Shown here: in pieces, positions 37,301-49,300 of the stretch
How positions within the stretch are numbered: the first letter of the stretch is position 1
How the letters are laid out: each line of letters starts with the position of its first letter
NCBI GenBank assembly: GCA_002633005.1
Contig: NMRA01000312.1
Span: 267,850 to 331,849 of the forward strand
Reading direction: 5' to 3'
Length of the DNA stretch: 64,000 nt
From: Phoronis australis
Lineage: Eukaryota; Animalia; Phoronida
Translations under genes and position numbers: made by a program
Notes under the pieces: generated by a model
Databases searched by the model: none
Seen by the model: the letters and a program-made list of their open reading frames with translations, nothing else
What the model was told of the DNA's origin: nothing

Positions 37301-40300
37301 ACTAAGTTGAACTATTTCGACGTGTTTTGTTTCATGCAAAAAATAGTTATTGGTTATGTGACCAACACAATATTTTTTCTTGTGAAATACTGCATCATTC
37401 TCACGCATCAATACCTTGTGGAAGATTTTTTGACAGGAAGTTTTTCAATGCTTGTAGTTTGCATCTTCAACAACTTTGAGGACAATTGTACAGCAGGTCA
37501 GTCCTAGAATATCGGCGTTCCACATGACTCTGTGTATATTCTCCTATTTCAAATTACCTACTTACGTACTTGAATACACATGTCGGTTAGAGAGTGCTTA
37601 TTTAACTTTTGGTTCGGCACGTAGCCATACCGTTACGGCAAATCCTTTGAACTTTGGTTCAGCGTATTCATTTTCAGTGTATTAAATTCCAAAGGTTTGG
37701 GATAACCAGGGCAGCTCTTTGCTTAAGTGGTTAATTGTTTTAGGGTAATCAAATGCCCAAAATTTAATTGGCGCGTGCATAGATTAGTTTTGTTTAATGT
37801 AAATGATCAAATATTTTGCCGGTCTCGAGGATCAGCGGGGATATAAAATTCCGGTCTGACTTAAAAAAATTCCTGTAATGTGCTGGTATTTACTGGTATT
37901 TACTGGTATTTACTGGTATTTACTGGTATTTACTGGTATTCACTGGTATTTACTAGTATTTACTAGTATTTACTGGTATTTACTGGTAAACAGAAACATT
38001 AATTATCTACATACTTTGTAGTATGAATCTATTTTCAAATAGTTATGTTACAGCTTTGCACTTGCAAACTTCTGTTGACGTCAAGTAGATCAAGTAACAT
38101 AATTTGAATATTGTCCTGTGTGCCTCTCTAGGTGGTGTCGGTTGTTGCGAGTTGGTAAGCTGCAGTCCGTTGCTGTACTTGTGGTGAATAGCTTGAGTTA
38201 CCAGGACTTTGTCAACAACATTGATTGTTTCCCTAATATTTCTGACCAATTCAGTATGGTAAGTTTACAGCTTCAAACAGAAATGCTTAGCTCAATGTTA
38301 ACTAATCATTTCTCTTCTTGACATTATCGTTTTGGATGTCAAAATGACTCATTGGCCTATGTGCCTATGTTTTCAAAATATGTCATGTCTATTGTTGAAG
38401 TTGTTGAATGAGAAGGTAAAGGATGTCATTACCAGTGATATGGAAAATATCAATAGATAAGCAATAGTGCATGAAAACTACATGTGTCAGTAAAATTATA
38501 CTGGAGGAACATATCATTCATCTTGGTTCACCCTCTATTGACGGGTAGTAACACCTGGAATGCAAGCACCTGCAGTTAAAATATGCTTCAGTTGTCCAGA
38601 ATTTTTATCAGGGAGGCATATGACAGAACTTTTGGACTGTTTGTTTAAATTGCATCTGAGAAAATAGCCAACCCAATGGATAAATCTGGAATTTCTGAAA
38701 CTTATCTTCTTCTGTAAGCGACTGTGCCAATATTATGCTACCATTATGCGTTTTCTAAAAATTGCATTCATTGCATGTTAGTGTGGTTTTTGCNTGGTAT
38801 TTACTGGTATTTACTAGTATTTACTGGTATTCACTGGTATTTACTGGTATTCACTGGTATTTACTGGTATTTACTGGTATTTACTGGTATTCACTGGTAT
38901 TTACTAGTATTTACTGGTATTCACTGGTATTTACTGGTATTTACTGGTATTTACTAGTATTTACTGGTATTTACTGGTATTTACTGGTAAACAGAAACAT
39001 TAATTATCTACATACTTTGTAGTATGAATCTAGTTTCAAATAGTTATGTTACAGCTTTGCAGTTGCAAACTTCTGTTGACATCAAGTAGATCAAGTAACA
39101 TAATTTGAATGTTGTTCTGTGTGCCTCTCTAGGTGGTGTCGGTTGTTGCGAGTTGGTAAGCTGCAGTCTGTTGCTGTACTTGTGGTGAATAGCTTGAGTT
39201 ACCAGGACTTTGTCAACAACATTGATTGTTTCCCTAATATTTCTGACCAATTCAGTATGGTAAGTTTACAGCTTCAAACAGAAATGCTTAGCTCAATGTT
39301 AACTAATCATTTCTCTTCTTGACATTATCGTTTTGGATGTCAAAATGACTCATTGGCCAATGTGCCTATGTTTTCAAAATATGTCATGTCTATTGTTGAA
39401 GTTGTTGAATGAGAAGGTAAAGGATGTCATTACCAGTGATATGGAAAATATCAATTGATAAGCAATTATAGTGCATGAAAACTACATGTGTCAGTAAGAT
39501 TATACTGGAGGAACATATCATTCATCTTGGTTCACCCTCTATTGACGGGTAGTAACACCTGGAATGCAAGCACCTGCAGTTAAAATATGCTTCAGTTGTC
39601 CAGAATTTTTATCAGGGAGGCATATGACAGAACTTTTGGACTGTTTGTTTAAATTGCATCTGAGAAAATAGCCAACCCAATGGATAAATCTGGAATTTCT
39701 GAAACTTATCTTCTTCTGTAAGCGACTGTGCCAATATTATGCTACCATTATGCGTTTTCTAAAAATTGCATTCATTGCATGTTAGTGTGGTTTTTTCAGA
39801 AAGTAGAAATTATCTCCCCCTACCAGTACGGGATGAGCTTGATGGACGAGCTGTTCTGGGTACCTCTCAGCTGCACTAAACTGTGGAAGTTGACAGAGAC
39901 AATGAGAGAAGGTATGAACAATGGCTCATTGTGTCTCTTGCTTCTTACATGTGTGACTGTTTTTGTATTAGTATTTATGACTTTCCTTAGTTGTTGAATC
40001 TTTTTTACCGTTTTTGATAAGTTTTGATTGGTTTTGATAAGTTTTGATTGGTTTTGAATAGACAAGATTTCACAAGTTTTCTCAAAGTTGTTCTGTTTTT
40101 CATTAGAGTGATTTAATGTGGTCAGTGGCTTCTGTATGTCATTGCAGCCAATCAGTTAAAACAACAAGAAGTGTGCCGTGTGAAGAATACACACGATGTT
40201 TTCTCACGGAGACTGCTGCTGCTTAACCCCAATCAGCTCATCATGGAAGGCTACCCTCTCCCCCTACAGAAGAGTAAGAGTAAGTCGAGTGGCTTTAACT

Positions 40301-43300
40301 AATCTACAGACTCTCCTCCAGGTCTCCCTTGCTACTCCTCTGGGTTATCTCCCATGCTTAACGCCTACCTGTAAAATTTCCAAACTGTTACATTCAGGTA
40401 CCCACGCTCAATTTACGGTCCACCCCAATTTATACGACCGTGACTTCCTTGAAATAATCTTTGTGAATGCAGGTCTGACATGAATTTTAGTTGTCAAAAT
40501 GTAGACCACTTGCGTTGCTTTTGAGTACAGTACGAAAGGTGAATAATTTCGGCTGTGTCTTGCCTTATTCTGGTGGGACATTACCCAACTCTTCTTCTGG
40601 GTTGTATTTTACAATTGATGGACTTACCTGAATCGACCGTTTGGATAGGTGCCCATCCTGACCTCTCAAAAATCTCCCAACTCCTTACATTTAAATCCCC
40701 CAGTTGAAATGTCTTGAGTGCTAACCAGAAAGAATATTTTTATGTTAAATTGAAAAAAATGCTTCTTGTCATTACAAATGCCCATTACAACATTTTGAGT
40801 TTAACACAAATTTTAAGGTTGGTTGTGCGAAAGGAAATGAGCTTAAAGTAGGTGGATAAACAAAAAAATTAATTTTGACTGTTTTTTACATTTTCATATC
40901 ATCCTAATCTTTAATTCTTGATGCACAGTATACTGAAGAAAAATAAAATCATTCTGAAAATCCAAAGTTGTTTTTTTAGCTATATTTGACCAAGCCTCAG
41001 TAAGTCATATGGCTTGAGTGCTCACCAGCTCAGTGATTGACAACTGGGGCGGAGCTTATATACAAGGACACTAGCTCTAATCTAACCCTGTCAACAAGCA
41101 TTGTGTAACCAGGCAATCGAGAGTGATGTACCAGCTGATATTGGTGTTGTAGCAAGACCAAGAATAAAACAATTCTATTTTTGACCATGTGAAAGTTAGT
41201 AGTGAAATGGTGAACTAGCCTGAGCCTGTTTGTCTATCTGCAAAAAAATAAGTTGAGTACGCCAAGCCCTACCGAAGCCATCACTGCACTCAGCTTGAGG
41301 AGTCCGTGCAGAAGTTGTGCATGTATAAGAGAAGTCGGTAATATAAGGTCAGTTGTCTTGCGAGAGGACGCTGAGTGTCGACGTGGGTGGTGTTGCACGA
41401 TTCGGTGAGAGTGCATACACGCGCTGTGAAGACAAGCCGCGCGCGCGACACATGGACAACTACATGCCGTCAGAGTAGAGTCTTCGCAGATAAACCGTGC
41501 TTCTGTGCTGGGAACGTGCCGTGGAGAAACTAGGTTGTCAAACCCAGAGGATTTTTAACTTGCCACTGGCCGTAACCCAAAGAATTAGAGAAATGACCCA
41601 GTGTTCAACATAACAAAAAATTTTCTAGTGCATAGATTCAAACGTAACCCTGAATTAAAACTCATGATATTATACGATTTTAGAGGAAAGCAATATAAGA
41701 AACTTTAGTAACTTGAGAACCTCACCCAAGCGGCGCTATTTGCGCAGAAAGTGATATTTTCTTATCCCAAAGTCCATTCGGTACAGGCACGTAAAAATGT
41801 TGAACCATTACTATGAAAGTAGTTCTTTATCCTCGTCGCCAATATTGTTATGTAGGCAGTAACGCGGCGATTTGATATAACACATATATTGGTTGATGAT
41901 AATATTGGAATACTAACAAATAGGTCTGTGTAATATAGTTAGAGAGTCTTTTACAAACTGAGTGGAGAGTTCAGATGAATCGTATAAACAATCAACACAT
42001 GGTGGTCGGCACACCAGTACAGCAGACAATAGATCAACGCTAAGCTCCGCCCACGTGACAGCCATATTTGTTTTGGTCGTCTGTCGTGCATCACAAGTTC
42101 GAAAAAATGATTAAAATTACGCTGTAAACAAACAGGTATGTCACATTTTCTAAATATGAAGTAAATATCAGCTTTATTTCTAGTACTTCAACAAAAATTG
42201 GAACATAATGACCACGCATTCTGAACGAAATTTGATCTCAAGTGGCAATCGATGACCGCTTAACTTCAAAGCCGTTTTTCTCGGCTCGTGATTTCAGGAT
42301 AGTGACACGATTCTCGGGCCTATTTTTCCACAACACGTGGGTCAATTTTAACGAAAGTTGCAAATTTGAAATCCTCTTGGACTGAAGTAAAATCGCGTGC
42401 CAGGGTTTTTTGATAAATGGACCAGATTTTTAGTTATTAGACGGAAAGTGACCAAATGACAAAAAGTGGCGTGCTTGCCCCAACTCACACACAAAAAATG
42501 CCACAAAATCAAGATCATAATGATTTTGTACATATATTTGGTATGGATAAGTAGAATATTGCGTAAGGAAATAGTTGATGATGATCCCTGTGCATTTTGA
42601 AAAAAAATTCGAGGTAAAATTGGATTTGTTGAAAATTAAAAAATACGATTTTTTAAAAAAACGAACTACAAAAAAACAAATGTTTTTCGATTTTTGTCAC
42701 TTTCAGAGTCATGTCTAATTAGTTAAAACTCCCTTTTTACTCATTTTAGTTAGGAACCTGGAGATTTGATCAGTGTATACACCTACCTTAATACTACGGT
42801 TATGTGAGGCCCTCGGAAAACGTTCAAATTTGGCAGCAACTGCGGAACATCATATCTCAGAGATTGGTGATTGGATTCATATGAAACTTTATCACACTTT
42901 GCTTTATGTCACAATATTAGCTTTATGCACTCTTCTTCAATACACTATTAGGAATTGTTTTTACTTTTACGTGAATTGCAGCAAAATTATGTTATTCATA
43001 CCATTATTTTGCTATCATTTTACCTTCGTTTTTTGCCAAGACATGGTCATGTGACGCAATTAATGGCAGTTTGGTATAAAGTCAAAAATCAAATTCTACA
43101 GGCTTTCTACTTTCAGAAAATATACACTTTTACTCAGTTTTATAGTTCTGTAGATAAATACACCGATTTGTCAATAACGTTTTACAGTCTGAGTCAATTG
43201 TCATGAAACATGCCCGAGCTTTAATTGCTCCTTGTGTTTCAGATTATGTGTACAGTTGTGAGACTTACCAGGAAGTCACAGACTCCAGCCCACTATTTGC

Positions 43301-46300
43301 TATTGACTGTGAAATGGTAGGTTAGTGTACACAAAGCACTGCTTCTTGCCCATATATGGTCACCTTCTAAGGTCAAAGGTGGAGTTGGCTGAACCAATGT
43401 CTGCTAAAAGTCATTTTTGTTGTGTGTAACTTTTAGTATGTATCTCAACAGTTTTGTTTTCAAGTGCTGTTTTTTAATGAGGTAACAAAAGGAGTGCTAG
43501 ACGCTTAGCTTAACATCAACTTGCCAAATGCGACTTCTGGAAATTCGCAAAATGAAATCTGAGGTCACCAAAGTTGACGTCAACCAAAAAAATGTCTTGT
43601 GGTTATCGGCATTATTTGAAAATTATGTGTACCTCAGGTCTCCCGTACGTATTCACTGTTCAATTCCTCAATTCCTCCTAGCACCAGAGAATGTAGGTGA
43701 CTGGATACGCTGGAGACAGGTGTGTCATGGTCTGACCTTACCAGATTTTTTCTGAAGAATTCCCGCCGACTTCCGTCTGTTTACTTCCTGTTGTAATTTT
43801 AATGCGTGCAAGGATGGCAAATGCACTGGTTTCATGAAATCAATGGAAAAATAATTATTGTGAACCAAAAGTATTGAACATAGGAAACGTGTTGCAAGCT
43901 GCAGGCCCCCAAGTCAAGCCCTGAAAAGGGATTGTCGTGTCCAGTTATCTGAACCCAGTTTCATAGAAAGGGAATTAAGGCCTGAATTTGAAATTTTTGT
44001 CTGATGCTACCACTTCACTATAATTGCTGAGAAAAACTATATCATAATTTAGCAATAACTTATACAACCTATTTGAGTCAGTTGATGAATACTAGATATC
44101 CAGTTGATAAATATCAACAAAAAAATTAAAACTAATTCTGGACTTACATTTCAGCTGAGCAACGTTGCATCCTTATTGCGAGGAAAGTCCTCGCGATGAG
44201 GACGCAATGTCGCTCAGTTGAAATTTAGGTCCAATATTAGTTTTAAGTTTTTCTTTGCTGAAACCTTTTCGAGTGATAATCAATTATTGGTTTAATTTCA
44301 TAGACTTTGTACTTTGCAGAAATAGCTGTACGGAGTGCATGTCTGAATTTGTGACGTGTCTATGCCTTAAGTTATATTTCATTTTATGAAACTGGACCGT
44401 GGTCTTCATTCATTAATTTAACAAAAATGTTTCTGCTTGGTGTACTTCTGGGCACTGTTACCTGATATCAGAGTCAAAAAATTAAACAAAAATAACAGAA
44501 TTTTGCAGCTGGTATGCATGACCTTCTGTCATGAAACTAACTTTTGATTTGCTCCGTTTACCTATTGGATGGACATCTACATATTCAGAGTGGGCAGTGT
44601 TAAAGTGTCCAGTTAAAGCCCTGAACATTTTCTTGCAGTGCATGACGACTAGAAAGAAAGCTGAGCTGACCCGAATCTCGGTGATCAATGAGAACCTAGA
44701 GGTGCTGTTTGACTCCTATGTAAAACCATTCAATCCCATTACTGACTATTTAACTCAGTAAGTTCTTCGTGACGTCTGTGTCCGCGGTCAAATTTTTGTA
44801 CTTGAAATCGCTCCGAAAATTATTTGTGACACTTTCCGTACTACTGAAGTATGAACTCGAGATCTGTGTTTGTGAACTTGAGAACATTATGGTTTGCATT
44901 TGCACCTGATGACCCCTAGATTTGACCTACTAACTCGAGTAAAAACTGAATTTTGAGTCCAGGTTTAAATTTATTGATTTAATGCTGGGGTCATTAAGTG
45001 CAGACTAACATTAGACAGTCATCCATGTAAACCATATTGTACTCAAGGTTTGAATAATGAACTCTTGTCTGGAGTTTGCTCAAAAGTAGAACAAAATGTG
45101 GCTAAAATAACATTGATTTCAAGTACAAAGATTATATCTCAGACCCGTTCTTGGTAACTTAATGAACAGTCTATGCCCATGTAATTATTCCCACAAGTCT
45201 AAAATATATGCGAGAATGTGGTTAAAACAGAAAGTTTGTTTCTGTGCCAGTGCACAGAACAGTATATTTGTTTAGGGCATTGTATTTTGAGAGTTGGGGC
45301 TTGAGTTTGATCATCATTGCCTATCATTTCTTCTGGTATTTTTGGTGGTGTTTAATGAATTAGAGCCTGCGTATTTCTCTTGTCCACGATAAGTATGCAT
45401 TAGCTGTTCTCACTTGTCTTGTTCTATGAGATTTAAGTTTGTTGGTGTATTAACTCAAGCCATCCAGCTACTAGTCAGGAAAGTCTGACATACTTCATTG
45501 GAAATATTTACAAAATTGAGGTACTTAAAATTTATCTTAATTTGTATTGTGATCAGGGGCGGATCCAGGATTTTGAGTTGGGGGGCAGGGTAGAGTATTA
45601 GCCAGAATTTTGCACGTCAGACATTTGCACCCCCAAAATGCCAAGTGGAATCTGGTAGAATTTTAGGGAGGGCCATAACCCCCTTGGCCCCCCTCTAAAT
45701 CCGCCACTGGTGATATCTATGAATATTGCATAATACTAAATTAAAAACATTTGAGACTGTCAAAGGAGACCATATAGTTCACTTTAAGTCTGTTTAATTA
45801 AATTTGCCGTACCACTTAACCCCTTGACCATAATGTATTCTAAGTGGTTCATTTTGTGTTGATTTGTCTAAAATATGTAGCTCACATTTTCCTTCCCTTT
45901 CACAGATTCAGTGGAATTACAGAGCACACACTTCGCAATGTGTCAACGAGACTCATTGACATACAGAAGGTTGTACGCAGTCTTCTGCCACCAGACGCCA
46001 TCTTGTGTGGCCAGTCACTCAATGCCGATCTCCACGCTTTGGAGGTTTGTTTATACGTAGATCCATCTTTTTTGTGAGACACCCCTACCCCTGTGTTAAT
46101 TCGTGTTGACTCAGTCGTATTGGTCAATGCTAACGCGCTGCACACATCTAGTATGATAATGACTGTTGTTTTTAACGGATTTTCATGAAATTTGGTGTGT
46201 AGGCACGTATTAGTACGATGACGCTGTCCTTCCGTTTTCGGATGGATTCGAAGTAGTTTGCGCCACCTAGTAGCCGTTTTTACTGTTTTCGAGTCTGTTT

Positions 46301-49300
46301 TTTTGCGTCCACACCTCAAAGGATGATTGTGAAAATTGGCTTGTATGCTCTTACTATGAAGTGGACGTCTGATGATGATTTTCCGACTTTGACTACTGTG
46401 GCGCCTCCTAGTGGCAGTTGTGTTTTTTGCGCCTATGGCTGTATCTCGTAAACCCTTTGCAGGATCTGTATGAAATTTAAAAAGAATATTTATATGATGT
46501 TAACAACGGACGACAGCGACATTCGGACAGATCTGAATACTGGTGTGCCACCTAGTGGCAATTTTATTTTTTTACGTTTACCTTTGTATCTTCAAAGGTC
46601 CTCAATGTATTTTCATAAAATTTGGCAAAAAGGCATCTATTGATGAGTTGTCGCTATCTCGCCGTTTTCAGGTAAATTTGACTTAGTTTGCGCCACCTAG
46701 TGGCCATTTTTACTGTTTTCGACTTTTTTGGCGTCCACTCATCTATCAACCAAGCCGTTTTCAGGATAATTGTAATAATTGGCATGTCTGTTTTTACTAT
46801 GAAGTGGACAGCTGACGATGATTTTCTGATGAGTTCGACTACTGGGGCACCTCCAAGTGTCAGTTTTTTTTTGCGCTCATGGCTGTATCTCCTAAACTGG
46901 TTGCAAGATCTTTACATAATTTAGCAATTGTATTTATAAGATGTTGACTATGGATGACGATGACTTTCGAACAGATCTGACTACTGCTGTGCCCCCTAGT
47001 GGCAATTTTATTTTTTTACGTTTAACTCTGTATCTTCAAAAGTCCTCAATAGATTTTCATAAAATTTTAAATATAGGCATCTATTGGTGTGATGACGATA
47101 TCTTCCTGTTTTTGGATGGAATCGAGGTATTTTGCGCCACCTAGTGGCCATTTTTGCTGTTTTCAAATCTTGTTTTTGGCGTCCACCCCTGTATCAACCA
47201 AATCATTTGAAATTTGGCATATATGTTCTCAGTGTGAAGATGACCTTTGATGATGGTGACTGACTACTGTGGCGCCTCCTAGTGGTAGTTTTGTTTTGCA
47301 CCCATAATTGTATTTCTTAAAGCCACTGCAGGATCTTTATTAAATTTAGTAAGTGTATTTATATGAAGATAACAACAGACGACGACAACTTTCAGGCGGA
47401 TCCAACGGACACTTTGCCCACTAGTGGCAATTTCATTTTATTCTGTTTTCCTTTGTATCTCCGAAGTTCCTTGACAGATTTTTATGAAATATGGCATGTT
47501 CCTGTTTTTGGATGGATTGTATGTTTTTGCGCCATCTAGTGGCCATTTTTATGATACAAATAAATAACCCTAAAAGCACACCATTTGCAATGCATTCGTA
47601 GGCGCATTTCAACGCTCCCCGTTGTTCTTGTTATTTGTCCAGAGAAGTGATTCAAGCTCTGGAGTGAGGCAAGTTTATGATTGTAGTATGTCCAGATGGC
47701 AGTATTTCTAACATGATAAAGTGCTTCAAAATTGTTTTATGCTTAATTTTGGACTCAAGATGTCTTCAGTTGTTTATTCACAACACTGAAAAACAATCCT
47801 GTGAGCAGCATATGAATTTTGATTGGATTTTGCTGATGTGTGTGCATAAAGTTCATTGACTGGCATCCAATATCATTCACTGTTAATGATTATTTCAGTT
47901 CTTGTATACATGAATGCTGATTTTTTGTACAGCTAGACAGAAGGAATCACGGTTTCAAGTTACATGTCATTCAGAATACAATCCTTCATGTGAAACTGGT
48001 GTGATCTTATGTCAATCATTTTCAGATGCTCCACCCCTATGTGATAGACACCAGTGTCATCTACAACACAACAGGGAACAGGCAATTCAAAACCGGACTT
48101 CGAGTGCTGACGGCCAGATTTCTGGGGTGGGTAAATTTCCATTACTTGAGAGGCTGCGTAATCACAATACATTTGCATATTCTGACACCCATGAAATGTA
48201 TTCAGCTTTGGATAGTAGGCCTGTATTCTGCAGCTGGTGAGGGCAGGAATTACTGTAATGTATAACTGCACTATATTTACACATTTCTTTTGTATCTCAG
48301 TAGCATAAAATTAGTGTAATATCTATAACCCATTTAACTAATAATTTTTCATGTAAATTACTTTTAATTGATTCAGCCGAAGTATTCAAGACAGCTCGTC
48401 CGGACACAACTCTGTAGAGGATGCTATGGCGACCATGGAGTTAGTGAAACTGAAGCTAAGTAAAAGTAAGACAGGTTTGAGTAACAGTTTAGTGACCCGA
48501 CTTGTATATAGTTGGGATGAACTTCTCAATCCACAGACCAAAATGTAAATGTTGGGGCCACATGATAAATCCTTTGGTCAAAAGAGCTAACCCATGTCTG
48601 CCAGTAGATTGTGCCTTTTTAAGAATCCAATGTGTTGACTGGCGTAGCCCCGGGGGAGGGGCACAAATGTCATGCTTCACTGTTCATTGCAAAAAGTCGC
48701 AGTCATTTCAAGTCGTAGCACTGAGTGTTGCTGTCAAACAGAAAGGAAATGAGATTATCTCTGAAACTGTACTGTCCTTAAAACATTTTACAGTGAGTAC
48801 AAAGCTAAATAAATATAAGTTTTGACTTAATATTTTGACATTCAGTAATGTAAGCCATATATCTTCACTTTTGGGACTTTTGAAAATGAGTAAACATACT
48901 GATGAGGAATTGACCTTTCACTGTGTTGTTATGATGAGCAATTGGCACATCCTGTTGTCCAGTTAGGAGTCTTTAGGACAATACGTTGTTATGATGAGGA
49001 ATCTAGGCTACAACGGTGTGTTTGTGTGGTTACCACATTTATAGCTAGACTACAACGGTGCGTTTGTGTGGTTACCACATTTATAGCTAGGCTACAATGG
49101 TGCGTTTGTGTGGTTACCACATTTATAGCTAGACTACTGAGTTTCCTCTCTTTACATAATTTTTGTAACTTGGTTATAATGTAGAGTGTGTCTTGATTAC
49201 AAGTTCCCTTGTTTAGTTCAAAATTTCCTTGTGTGCATTCAAGTGGTCACACAACTTAATATTCCATGTAGATGTAATGAAAATTTTCTGATGTGACACT

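Noticed and set aside
38724-39022. Hydrophobic GIYWYLLVFT repeat ORFs
   Set aside because: They are translations of the 10-bp TACTGGTATT satellite.
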